In this document: positions 17,410-27,017 of the stretch, piece by piece
How positions within the stretch are numbered: the first letter of the stretch is position 1
How the letters are laid out: each line of letters opens with the position of its first letter
NCBI GenBank assembly: GCA_024275415.1
Contig: JAJRZD010000005.1
Location: forward strand, 30,295-62,294
Direction: 5' to 3'
Length of the DNA stretch: 32,000 bases
Source: an archaeon
GTDB lineage: Archaea > Asgardarchaeota > Thorarchaeia > Thorarchaeales > Thorarchaeaceae
Position numbers and translations under genes: made by a program
The notes under the pieces: generated by a model
The model's database searches: none
What the model saw: only the letters and a program-made list of their open reading frames with translations
Told to the model about the DNA's origin: nothing

Positions 17410-19266
17410 ATGACCAAAAGCACTCACCAAGAACAAGTAGTAAAATGTAGCCCCCTCCGGTACATGTTCGGAGGTCTCATTAAACATCCATTGTCAATTA
17501 CCTTCGCCACGATTCTTACTGTTGTATCCACATTGTTGTTAACAATCCCGACATTGATCATTGGTTGGGCAATCGATGAGCTGAAAGATGCTGGGTTAAG
17601 CGAGCAATTCGTCTTCTATGTCTGGACAATAATAGCTCTCGCGTTGATATACATGGCTCTCTATTTTCTGGTCGGATACGTCTGGGCCGTTGTCACTCTT
17701 CAGTGGGAGCGTGATGCCAGACAGGACTTCTTTGAGGCGTTACAGGAGTTCAGTATGTCTTTCCATGATGAGGTCGATAGCAAGCGGCTCCTTTCAGTTG
17801 CGATGCAGGATATTAACTGGGTACGCCTGTCATTGAATCCGGCACTGCGGAACATCATAGGCGCGCTCGCCTCTATCGTAATAACAATTGTATTCTTGGG
17901 CGCGATAGACCAGTCCCCTGGACTAGTCACATTCTTTGTCATTCCTTTCTTCAACGTCAAAGTTGGCATGTTCACGGTAATCATGCTTACTGGAATACCT
18001 CTCTATCTCTGGTTCGCGTACCGATATGCAAATGCTGTTGAACCAGTCAGACGTAAACGCTCTGAAGATATTGAAACCTTGACATCGATGTCCCAAGGTG
18101 TGTTCCGCGGGATTGAGGTAGTCCGGGCATTTGGCAAAGAGGACGAAGAGAAGCGCAAGTTCAAAGATGCCAGCAAGCAGTATGAGAGGATTGTGGCAAA
18201 GGAAGGCAAGCTAGCAGCATTCTATATTCCTGCACTCGTGTTGATTGCAATGACTACCATTGCTTTCCTGTACGGCGGATTTGCCACATGGTCTCTCCAG
18301 ATCACTCAAGGCACCATGATCCAGATACTGGGGTTACTTGTAGCACTAGAGGCGATGAACTTTTTCTTACCACGAATGCTGTTGGTGCTTAGAGGTGGAT
18401 TTGTGAATGCAGCGCGTATAGTCGATATCCTTTCTTGGAAAGACCCATTGATTGAGCCCGAGCAGGAAGCAGGAAGTGTTGAATGGCTGGGTGACATAAC
18501 ATTCGAGAATGTGAGTTTCACCTATAACAACCCCAACGGTTCGACAGACCACTATGCGCTGAAGGAGTTGAGCATTACTATCCCTGGAGGATCCCGTGTC
18601 GCTCTGATTGGTGGTCCCGGGGGTGGCAAATCGACCCTTCTCAAATTACTCCTAAGATTGTACGACCCCACAATGGGCACGATTCGTATTGGAGGGACAG
18701 ACCTGAGGGATATAACGACAAAGACAGTTCGGGATAATGTGGGACTTGTAGAGCAGGATATCTTCCTTTTCAGGATGAGTGTCCATGATAACATTGCCTT
18801 TGGCCGTACTGATGCAACCCGTGAAGAGGTCGAAGAAGCTGCCAAGAGAGCTCAAGCACATGAGTTCATCATTGAGATGGAGGACGGCTATGACACAATC
18901 ATCGGTGAACGAGGGATGACGCTGAGTGGTGGACAGCGCCAGAGACTTGCGATCGCAAGAGCGCTGGTTCAAGACCCAAAGATACTACTTCTGGACGACT
19001 CGGTGAGCGCAGTTGACGCACAGACAGAGTTTTTGATGAGAAAGGCATTGGATGAGGTGATGGTTGGAAGAACCAGCATCACCGTGACCCAGCGACTAAG
19101 GACGCTCATCGAATCTGACCTCGTGATAATACTTGACAAAGGAAGACTCATCGCTGCTGGCTGTCATGAGGACCTGTTAAGAGAATCAGACCACTATCGC
19201 AGGATCTTCGAACGCCTCCCGGGAGCGCAGGCACTTCTGGCTAGTACTTCTGGAGGTGTTCGCTAG
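17410..19266 (+). CDS. Type IV ABC exporter, fused TMD-NBD, degenerate-site subunit of a heterodimer
   Basis: Six-TM region, Walker A GPGGGKS and signature LSGGQRQR. Walker B LLLDD lacks the catalytic Glu, and the H-switch reads Q (VTQRL). Confidence 0.93.
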   Translation: MTKSTHQEQVVKCSPLRYMFGGLIKHPLSITFATILTVVSTLLLTIPTLIIGWAIDELKDAGLSEQFVFYVWTIIALALIYMALYFLVGYVWAVVTLQWERDARQDFFEALQEFSMSFHDEVDSKRLLSVAMQDINWVRLSLNPALRNIIGALASIVITIVFLGAIDQSPGLVTFFVIPFFNVKVGMFTVIMLTGIPLYLWFAYRYANAVEPVRRKRSEDIETLTSMSQGVFRGIEVVRAFGKEDEEKRKFKDASKQYERIVAKEGKLAAFYIPALVLIAMTTIAFLYGGFATWSLQITQGTMIQILGLLVALEAMNFFLPRMLLVLRGGFVNAARIVDILSWKDPLIEPEQEAGSVEWLGDITFENVSFTYNNPNGSTDHYALKELSITIPGGSRVALIGGPGGGKSTLLKLLLRLYDPTMGTIRIGGTDLRDITTKTVRDNVGLVEQDIFLFRMSVHDNIAFGRTDATREEVEEAAKRAQAHEFIIEMEDGYDTIIGERGMTLSGGQRQRLAIARALVQDPKILLLDDSVSAVDAQTEFLMRKALDEVMVGRTSITVTQRLRTLIESDLVIILDKGRLIAAGCHEDLLRESDHYRRIFERLPGAQALLASTSGGVR

Positions 19267-21320
19267 TGGCGATGCGTGGGCATGGCCCGGGAGGCATGAT
19301 GGCTAAGAAAGAGGCGAGGAGCCGTCCTGTTAGACTGCTTCTCAGAAGAATGTTTGGCTATCTGGGAAAGTTCAAACGGATAGTTGCCATTGGTGCGGTC
19401 TTCTCACTTGTGGCAACAGTGGTATCTATCATTAGTCCAATCGTGCTTCAGGTCGGTATTGATGCCGCCCTTGTGGAGAGTAGCACGTTCCAAACGATTT
19501 TCCAGTTGACGCTTCTGTACGTGTTTCTAAAGACACTATCTTGGATTCTCAACAGCGTCAACACATGGATCCTTGCTGACGCACAAGCTGGGCTTGTTCA
19601 GAAGGTTCAGGAGGATGTCTTCGACCATCTTGTGGAAGCAGACCTGTCCTATCACAAGTCCGAACAAAGCGGGAATGTCACATCACGTGTCACGACCGAT
19701 GTGGTTTCTCTTGCCACGGGGATTCAGGTGATTATCGATTTCTCTGCTCAAGTGCTCATGCTGGTTTCTACATTCATCGTGCTATGGCTAGTGGCACCAT
19801 TGATCGCATTGACATCGCTAGTGGTCGTCCCTGGTGTGATTCTCATAACCGCACTCTTTGGCACTGTTGGACAAAGAATCATGCTTGCATCTCAAAGGGC
19901 ATATGGCAAGGTTTCAGGTCAAATTGCAGAGAACCTGAGTGGAATTCATGTTGCAAAGGCGTTCAACAGGGAAACAGAACTAGCAAAGGAGATGAGTGAA
20001 CTAAATCAGCAAGCGTACCACCATGGGTTCAAATTCATGATACTAATGAGTGCGCTGCAGCCTCTAGTCCGAGGTATTGGTCTGTTTGGTGTTGCGGCAA
20101 TTCTCTTTGTAGGAGGGTCTCTTGCTGTAGGCACTCTTGCATTGCTTACGCCTGGACAGGTGTTCCTTGGCGTACTGCTTGTCGGACGGTTTATGTGGCC
20201 ATTGTTGTTTCTCTCTATGATGTTTGCTCAGGTGCAGTCATCATTGGCTGCAATGGATCGTATCTCCGATGTACTCGACTCGAAACGAGCAATTGTTGAT
20301 TCCCCGGATGCAGTTCCCCTGAAGGATGAGAGTGACGGGATCATTTTTGACGATGTGACATTCTCCTATGTAGACAATGTACAGGTGCTAAAGAATGTCA
20401 GTTTCACGGTTCAACCAGGGGAGCTTGTAGCGATTGTCGGTCATACAGGTGCTGGAAAGACTACCATTGCTGCGTTGGTTAACCGATTCTATGACCCCGA
20501 TTCTGGGAATATCTACATTGGTAACCAGAGTCTGCGTGAGATTACACTCGCATCATTGCATGATAATGTGTCCCTCATCCCACAGGAGCCGTATCTTTTT
20601 GATGGCACGATCATGGAAAACATCCGCTACGGGAATCCTGATGCCTCTGATGAGGAAATCATTAGTCTGTGTAAGATGATTGGAGCTAACGAGTTCATCG
20701 AGGTTCTTGCTGATGGGTATGATACCCTCATTCTTGAGAGCGGTAAGAACCTGAGCGCTGGCCAACGTCAGATGATCACTATTGCTCGAACCATGCTTGC
20801 TAATCCCAAGATACTCATCCTCGATGAGGCCACGAGTCGTCTGGACGCCTATAGCGAGTCACTGGTTCAGGAAGCCCAGTCAAGGCTTTTTGCAGGTAGG
20901 ACTACCATCGTCATCGCACATAGGTTGACGACAATTGCAAATGCATCTCGAATCTTCGTGTTTGACCACGGGGAACTTATCGAGGAAGGAACTCATGAGG
21001 AGTTGTTGGCACAGGATGGCACCTTCAGGGCACTCTACGAAACTTATTATGCACATCAGGGCATCGAGGAGCTGACAGAGGAAATCGCCGACCATGCTCG
21101 CTCTGAGGTGTCCAAGATCGAACAAAGGGAAATTCCATCTCTAGGGATGGGTATGAGTGCTAGCATGATGGGTGGCATGTCCCCAATGGGTGGTTTCCCA
21201 GACCCAAAAAAGATGGTCGAGATGCTGAAGAAAGTCCCTCCGGATGAACGTGGACACATGTTAGAGATGATGCCTCCACACATACGCGAAAAGGTCATAC
21301 GCTATCTGAATGATGAGTAG
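19266..21320 (+). CDS. Type IV ABC exporter, fused TMD-NBD, consensus-site subunit, with a Met/Gly-rich C-terminal extension
   Basis: GHTGAGKT, signature variant LSAGQRQ, ILDEATS and IAHRL. The GTG start overlaps the upstream TAG, with GGAGGTG as RBS. Confidence 0.93.
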   Translation: MAMRGHGPGGMMAKKEARSRPVRLLLRRMFGYLGKFKRIVAIGAVFSLVATVVSIISPIVLQVGIDAALVESSTFQTIFQLTLLYVFLKTLSWILNSVNTWILADAQAGLVQKVQEDVFDHLVEADLSYHKSEQSGNVTSRVTTDVVSLATGIQVIIDFSAQVLMLVSTFIVLWLVAPLIALTSLVVVPGVILITALFGTVGQRIMLASQRAYGKVSGQIAENLSGIHVAKAFNRETELAKEMSELNQQAYHHGFKFMILMSALQPLVRGIGLFGVAAILFVGGSLAVGTLALLTPGQVFLGVLLVGRFMWPLLFLSMMFAQVQSSLAAMDRISDVLDSKRAIVDSPDAVPLKDESDGIIFDDVTFSYVDNVQVLKNVSFTVQPGELVAIVGHTGAGKTTIAALVNRFYDPDSGNIYIGNQSLREITLASLHDNVSLIPQEPYLFDGTIMENIRYGNPDASDEEIISLCKMIGANEFIEVLADGYDTLILESGKNLSAGQRQMITIARTMLANPKILILDEATSRLDAYSESLVQEAQSRLFAGRTTIVIAHRLTTIANASRIFVFDHGELIEEGTHEELLAQDGTFRALYETYYAHQGIEELTEEIADHARSEVSKIEQREIPSLGMGMSASMMGGMSPMGGFPDPKKMVEMLKKVPPDERGHMLEMMPPHIREKVIRYLNDE

Positions 21321-21323
21321 GTG

Positions 21324-22109
21324 CTACGTGATCGTTCTTATGCGTTCACTCCCGCTCTTCACTAAAAGGAGTGAGAGCCCTATCACCCAGTAGGCGATTG
21401 CTCCTGTCAACTGAAGGATTGGGGAGGAAAACTGAGGGATTACAAAGCACCATGCTATCATTCTAACCAATAGCAGAACCGTCCCGATGAAGGAAAGAAT
21501 AACAGGAATGCCAAGATACCCTTTCCTGAAGTGATATCCGATTATCAGCTGGCTGACCAGAATGGCGGTCAGTGCAATCTCGATTGGGATTACAATAAGA
21601 AGGTAGTTGCATACAATGGAGCCAGTAAGTAGGATATACACAAGACCTCCCAAATACGGGAGTGTGGAGAAAACCAGTATCAGTGGGATGACAAGATATT
21701 TTTCAGAAAAGTAAAGTACCGTGTTCGCTGTGTATAGGTAGTGTAATGTCCCTTCGACCCACAAGAGAATCCCAATTAGCAATACCACTCCAATTGCAAG
21801 CTGGTACGCATCAAGCACGTAAAGGGATCCTGTAATAATGGCCGCACTTTCAGCGATGGCAAAAAAGAGAAGTGCTATTGCGATGCGCGAGTGCATAGAT
21901 TCGAATCTGTCATCTGCTGAACCACCATCTACCAAATGGGAGGTCAGGCTAATGCCTGCGACCACCCATGCTGTCAGGAACGTAGTGCCCGCAACAAGCA
22001 TGGACATAATGTCCTGATTCCCAGACACAATGCCAATAACAGACCCAAGAGGAATCAGTATCCCCAGAACAAGGAACGGCGCATGTTGCTTCTTCATCTG
22101 GCGATACAA
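21324..22109 (-). CDS. Polytopic membrane protein (about 7-8 TM), unknown function
   Basis: 261-aa ORF that is almost entirely hydrophobic segments. It fills the gap between the ABC stop and the longin gene. Confidence 0.75.
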   Translation of the reverse strand: MYRQMKKQHAPFLVLGILIPLGSVIGIVSGNQDIMSMLVAGTTFLTAWVVAGISLTSHLVDGGSADDRFESMHSRIAIALLFFAIAESAAIITGSLYVLDAYQLAIGVVLLIGILLWVEGTLHYLYTANTVLYFSEKYLVIPLILVFSTLPYLGGLVYILLTGSIVCNYLLIVIPIEIALTAILVSQLIIGYHFRKGYLGIPVILSFIGTVLLLVRMIAWCFVIPQFSSPILQLTGAIAYWVIGLSLLLVKSGSERIRTIT

Positions 22110-22183
22110 TCACTGTCCTCCTTGGGTTATGACCTTCACTCTTTGATTTGTGTGTTATGTTTTTGTTGACATCATTTGACCTA

Positions 22184-23377
22184 TCACATTGTAAGCTGGT
22201 TCCACTGTACATTCTGAGATATCTTCGGATACACCTGCTTGAGCTCGTGCATGACCTTTGAAATAATCGTGTTCGTAGGCTCTGAGCCAATCAGAATGCT
22301 TATTCTTTTCGTGATGAACTGCATCAAAGCTCTTAAACCATCACTGAGGATATCAGGCAGGATCTTGCCTTTAGTGGCAGCACTGGAAAGGGAACTACGA
22401 ACCACCACATCAATGTCCTCTTCGAGATCGACGAAGGAAAGCCAAGTGTATGTGTCCATCAATGCGTTACGTGACTCCACGAATATGTTCCGTGTCATCT
22501 TGTTCCCTAGCAGTCTTGCGCAGTTGGACAGGATCTCCTGTAGCACACTCGAATGTTGTACCAGAGTGGCTTGTGCCTCCGATACCCTCTCTACCGCATC
22601 CTTTTCCGCAAGCATGGCTATCTCGTCAAGGAACCTTCGCAGGTCACGGGTCTTGACTTTCTCAGCAGCTATCGCGAGGGGTGTTTCTCCATCGAGTTCA
22701 CTGAGCGCAGCCGTGGTTTCTGGAGAAACCCCATCGATGACCTTCTCAGTCCTCTCTAAAGAGGTTGTTTGATAGATGTCCTCTGGTCTGACCGGATTGG
22801 TAAGCACCACTGCCTTTTCCCAAATTGCGTTTGCAACAATGTTCATTGCGACCTCCAAAGGTATCTCAAGGAACTCAGCTGCTTCTCTCACAGAGATAGT
22901 TTCCGGAAGGAGCTTCAGGAATGAGTCCACTTCTGGGTTTTTTACATAAAGATCCCAATTCAGCTTCTGGCGAATAACACTGTCGGGCTTTACCTGGTCT
23001 AAGAGTAGCTCATCGATTACATGTTTCTCGTATCTGCTGTAGACTGCCAAGTCAATGTCGACCCAGCGTAGCAGATTGAATTGTTCCTCGAAGATCTCAA
23101 TAAGTCGCCTAAGCTTGTCTCGTAGGATTTCATCATCCATTGACGCGCTGAGCGCACCGATCGTCCATTCTCCAAACTCCACCAGGATCTTGTAGTCCGT
23201 GCCTTCGAACGCCCGCGCTCGTGATGAAATCGATTGGTTCGCCTCGTCGAAGAACGAGGTCATGGCACTGATGAATGAGGAGATGAGGTCTGGGTCGAAG
23301 ATTGCGTCAGTGAAATCCTTATGATACATGCATAGACCTGTTTCTCGCTTGATTATGTACAGGCTCTTGATGTTCAT
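22184..23377 (-). CDS. Longin-domain protein with tandem winged-helix-like domains (NPRL2-like architecture)
   Basis: The N-terminus IKSLYII..ETGLCMYH..F.....DPDLISSFISAM.SFF.E is the longin-like signature typical of Asgard proteins. Two helix-turn-helix/wing segments follow (ISVREAAEFLEIPLEV..NIVANAI; LDGETPLAIAAEKV...LAEKDAV). Confidence 0.75.
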   Translation of the reverse strand: MNIKSLYIIKRETGLCMYHKDFTDAIFDPDLISSFISAMTSFFDEANQSISSRARAFEGTDYKILVEFGEWTIGALSASMDDEILRDKLRRLIEIFEEQFNLLRWVDIDLAVYSRYEKHVIDELLLDQVKPDSVIRQKLNWDLYVKNPEVDSFLKLLPETISVREAAEFLEIPLEVAMNIVANAIWEKAVVLTNPVRPEDIYQTTSLERTEKVIDGVSPETTAALSELDGETPLAIAAEKVKTRDLRRFLDEIAMLAEKDAVERVSEAQATLVQHSSVLQEILSNCARLLGNKMTRNIFVESRNALMDTYTWLSFVDLEEDIDVVVRSSLSSAATKGKILPDILSDGLRALMQFITKRISILIGSEPTNTIISKVMHELKQVYPKISQNVQWNQLTM

Positions 23378-23525
23378 CGGGGGTCTTCATCTCGCTTACT
23401 CGCTCTGACCGTTTTGCGTGCAGTCCCATTCAATGATAGTACATGGAATACGGAGTTTTAATCTTATTAGGGATGTACCTCGAAATCTATAAGGCTCACA
23501 AGACCCCCAATGTCGGGATGACATC

Positions 23526-24134
23526 ATGACAGAGGAAGACCTTAGCATCCACTGTCCCTCTTGTGGATCTACCAAGTTCCAAGTGTCCTCGCTGCTCTAC
23601 AATGTGCCATATTTCAATGAGATTGCCATGTTCACCATGAAATGTCCTGACTGCAATTTCAGTCACAATGATGTCTTCTCAGCAGAAGAACGACCTCCAC
23701 TGAGATGGACACTGGTAGTGGATCGTCCTGCTCTCTTGAAGACGCGGGTCATCCGTTCAGGATCCGGAACCATCCGTTTCCCCGAGTTTGGCATTGACAT
23801 CGAACCGGGTCCCACCGCGGAATCCTATATATCAAATGTTGAAGGGGTTCTGTTTCGGACTCGTCCGGTCGTTGAGGCAGCTATCAGGTTCACCGAGGTT
23901 GCTAAGGAGAAAGAACGGGGTCAGGAGATTCTTGACATGATCATAGCAGCTATCAAAGGGGAGTTCACTTTCACTATGATAATTGAGGATCCGATGGGCA
24001 TGAGCGGCATCCTCCCAGAGGACATGCGTCTGGTGAAGCGAGAGGAACTGTCAATTGAAGAGGCATCCCTGCTGCGCGGAGCTCCTGCATGGCTTTCCAT
24101 TGCTCGGGATCAATATCAAGAGCGTAAGGGTTAA
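23526..24134 (+). CDS. ZPR1 zinc-finger domain protein (archaeal single-domain type)
   Basis: CPSCG...VPYFNEI......CPDCNF, L..RVIRS..GTI..PE.GI.IEPG......I.NVEGVL, and FT.IIEDP.G.S.I. Confidence 0.93.
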   Translation: MTEEDLSIHCPSCGSTKFQVSSLLYNVPYFNEIAMFTMKCPDCNFSHNDVFSAEERPPLRWTLVVDRPALLKTRVIRSGSGTIRFPEFGIDIEPGPTAESYISNVEGVLFRTRPVVEAAIRFTEVAKEKERGQEILDMIIAAIKGEFTFTMIIEDPMGMSGILPEDMRLVKREELSIEEASLLRGAPAWLSIARDQYQERKG

Positions 24135-24136
24135 AA
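24131..24136 (+). promoter_or_regulatory. Probable TATA box of tRNA-Ala, overlapping the ZPR1 stop codon
   Basis: TTAAAA lies 30-35 nt upstream of the mature tRNA 5' end. Confidence 0.4.
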
Positions 24137-24165
24137 CAGGGTCGCGCAGTTTTTTCGTTACTTGT

Positions 24166-24242
24166 GGGCCGGTAGATTAGCCCGGCAGATCGTCTGGTTT
24201 GCATCCAGAAGGCCGCGAGTTCAAATCTCGCCCGGTCCACCA
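24166..24242 (+). tRNA. tRNA-Ala(TGC), intronless, CCA encoded
   Basis: Acceptor stem GGGCCGG/CCGGTCC with the G3:U70 Ala identity pair. Anticodon stem TCTGG/CCAGA with loop TTTGCAT (TGC at 24200-24202). T-arm GCGAG-TTCAAAT-CTCGC. 3' end ACCA. Confidence 0.97.
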
Positions 24243-24633
24243 TTTCTTGTTCTGGAATGACATTGTAATGCTGCATGTTTGCTCTGTTATCTTTTCACTC
24301 AAATGACAGGAACCACAGTATCACTTGGTGGCGGATTCAAAGGTGGGAGCGGTTCAATTCCGGGAGCAGACGTCTGTTGTCCACGAAGGTCGGAAATGTG
24401 GGTTCGAAAGTTGGAATTGTGTCGCCTTCATGTCCTAAATATGCTTTCAAACTATTCACTAATAGGACTTTTCTCATGATGATTCAAGGACTGTTCGATT
24501 TCGTACAGGCTTTCTATATCTGTTAGCAACCCTTAAGAGGGGTACTTCTTGGCTCTGTTACCAAATTACACCAGAAGCTAGGCCCTGATAATATGCAGAG
24601 TGCCTAGACAAATCGGGTGGTGAACATAACAAA

Positions 24634-27009
24634 ATGCAGTTATTCGAGACTTTCCTTGGCATGATGATCATTGAACAGGCAATGATATTGACTGTTATTG
24701 CAGCTGCGTTCGTAAGTCTCGTGTATGCATACTGGCTCAGGAAGAATGTTCTCAAGAAGGACAAGGGAACTGAGCAGATGCAGAAGGTTTGGAATGGCAT
24801 TCGAGAAGGTGCACTGTCTTACTTGAACCGACAACTCAAGACAATCGTACCGATTCTCGCTGTCCTCTCCGTCCTTCTGTTCTTCACAGTATACATAACT
24901 GTGCCAGAAAGAGGAACTGAGGTGCTATTCGAGGATAACCTCGAGGCCGGCAGAATTATTGTCGGAATCGGGCGATCTCTATCATTCGTACTTGGTGCCA
25001 GTTTCTCGCTCATCGTTGGGCAACTCGGGATGCGCATTGCAGTCGAGTCCAATATCCGAGTGGCACAGGCTACACGAGAAGGCGAAGACAGATACAATCG
25101 TGCTTTGTCAATCTCCTATCATGGTGGGACATTCACTGGCATGCTCACTGATGGATTAGGATTACTTGGAGGCACCATCATCTTCATAATCTTTGGTATT
25201 GCAGCACCTGACGCACTACTGGGATTTGGACTGGGTGGCACTCTGCTAGCGCTATTCATGCGAGTCGGAGGTGGAATCTATACAAAGGCAGCAGATGTAG
25301 GTGCTGACCTAGTCGGCAAGGTCGAACACGATCTTCCTGAAGACGATCCACGAAATGCTGCTGTGATTGCAGACCTCGTCGGTGACAATGTGGGTGACTG
25401 TGCAGGAATGGCTGCTGACATCTTCGAGTCCTATGAGGTCACGATTGTTTCAGCGTTGATTCTCGCTATCGTCATCTATTTGGACAATCCAATCACCCTT
25501 CTCCCTGGCGGACTGCTTGCAGTAGTGGTCTTTCCACTCTTCATCAGAGCAATCGGTGTTATCTCATCAATTCTCGGAACCTTCATGGTTCCTGTGTGGC
25601 CGCGGATTCTCAAGAAGGCGCAGGTCTATGCTGAAAAAGCAATGTTCCTCTCCTATGAGGTTTCAAGTGCCTTTACAATCATACTTTCCCTCCTCCTGTC
25701 TTACTTCTATGTTGGGGATTTGAGATTTGGCATACTGATTGCCGTTGGGGTGATGCTGGCTGTTTCATTCAACCCGATTACCAGCTATTTCACATCTCTG
25801 AAAAAACCCCCTGTAAAGGAGATTGTTCAATCTGCAGATACAGGTCATGCAACCTTCATCCTTTCAGGACTTGTTGCGGGCTATGAATCAACCGTGGCAG
25901 CCGTAGTTGTCATCGTTGCAAGCTTTGGGATTGCACACGTTCTTTTCATACCCGCAGTCGCAACAGCAGTGCCATTCTTTGTTGATGCAGTTTCAGACTC
26001 TGGGGACAGCTTCCTTTGGACGCTCTATGGCATAGCTCTGATTGGTATAGGGATGCTATCGCATACAGGTAACAACGTGGCTATGGATTCGTATGGTCCA
26101 ATCAGCGACAATGCAGCAGGTATCGGCGAGCTGTCACCTGGTGATTTCGATGAGGAATCGATGAAGACCATGGCAGAGCTCGATGCGGTTGGCAACACCA
26201 CAAAGGCAATCACCAAAGGAGTTGCAATTGCTTCTGCAGTAATTGCAGCGGTAAGCCTCTTTGATAGCTATGTCGTCATTAGCGGTTTGGATCACCTTCT
26301 ACTTGACAATCCGATGGTGTTCTCAGGACTCCTACTAGGAGCTGCACTCCCGTGGCTGTTCTCTGCTTTGAATATCAAGGCGGTGACACGAGCAGCAGGT
26401 GAGATGGTACGCGAAGTGCGTCGTCAGTTCAGGATTCCAGGAATTCTCGAGGGAACCAAGAAACCTGACTATGACCGTGCTGTGGACATCTCTACAACGG
26501 CAGCCCAGAAAGAACTGATATCACTGGCGGCAATCACCGTTACAGTACCACTCATCGTTGGTATTATGTTTGGAGTTGCTGCACTCGGAGGGTTCCTTGG
26601 AGGCATCATTGTTTCAGGACAGCTGTTAGCCGTATTCATGTCGAATGCTGGAGGCGCATGGGATAATGCAAAGAAGGCAATAGAGGATGAGCCTAGAGAT
26701 ATTGCAAACAATACCGGTAAGGGATCCGAGCGCCACAAATGTGGTGTTGTGGGTGACACAATCGGTGACCCCTTGAAGGATACCGCAGGTCCGGCACTTA
26801 ATCCTATGATCAAGGTCGTAAATCTGCTATCACTCATCCTTGCTCCTCTGTTGTTGACATTCCAGTTCGGGGCAGATCTGACAGTCAATGTCGGACTTCT
26901 TGTTGCTCTCTTCGTGTTGTTCATGATTACAATATGGGCGATAAAGAAAAGCACGAAGCCGGCCGATTTCAAAGCTGCTCCAGACATCCCAGCAGAAGCA
27001 ATCAACTAG
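24634..27009 (+). CDS. hppA: Membrane-integral H+-translocating pyrophosphatase, K+-independent type
   Basis: GGGIYTKAADVGADLVGKVE..LPEDDPRN.AVIADLVGDNVGDCAG, DSYGPISDNA.GI, GNTTKAITKG, AGGAWDNAKK and VVGDTIGDPLKDTAGP. RBS GGTGGTGA. Confidence 0.97.
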   Translation: MQLFETFLGMMIIEQAMILTVIAAAFVSLVYAYWLRKNVLKKDKGTEQMQKVWNGIREGALSYLNRQLKTIVPILAVLSVLLFFTVYITVPERGTEVLFEDNLEAGRIIVGIGRSLSFVLGASFSLIVGQLGMRIAVESNIRVAQATREGEDRYNRALSISYHGGTFTGMLTDGLGLLGGTIIFIIFGIAAPDALLGFGLGGTLLALFMRVGGGIYTKAADVGADLVGKVEHDLPEDDPRNAAVIADLVGDNVGDCAGMAADIFESYEVTIVSALILAIVIYLDNPITLLPGGLLAVVVFPLFIRAIGVISSILGTFMVPVWPRILKKAQVYAEKAMFLSYEVSSAFTIILSLLLSYFYVGDLRFGILIAVGVMLAVSFNPITSYFTSLKKPPVKEIVQSADTGHATFILSGLVAGYESTVAAVVVIVASFGIAHVLFIPAVATAVPFFVDAVSDSGDSFLWTLYGIALIGIGMLSHTGNNVAMDSYGPISDNAAGIGELSPGDFDEESMKTMAELDAVGNTTKAITKGVAIASAVIAAVSLFDSYVVISGLDHLLLDNPMVFSGLLLGAALPWLFSALNIKAVTRAAGEMVREVRRQFRIPGILEGTKKPDYDRAVDISTTAAQKELISLAAITVTVPLIVGIMFGVAALGGFLGGIIVSGQLLAVFMSNAGGAWDNAKKAIEDEPRDIANNTGKGSERHKCGVVGDTIGDPLKDTAGPALNPMIKVVNLLSLILAPLLLTFQFGADLTVNVGLLVALFVLFMITIWAIKKSTKPADFKAAPDIPAEAIN

Positions 27010-27017
27010 TTGAATTA

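Noticed and set aside
24326-24426. Second tRNA or tRNA-derived att site (GGTTCAATTCC and GGGTTCGAAAG T-loop-like words, GGCGG...TCGCC ends)
   Set aside because: The T-stems do not pair beyond 3 bp, no cloverleaf forms, and there is no identity with the 3' end of the adjacent tRNA-Ala.
24480-24633. Fluoride or Na+ riboswitch upstream of hppA
   Set aside because: No GGxGATGGxGTTCxCC...CTGATGA-type fluoride core or other recognisable aptamer on inspection.
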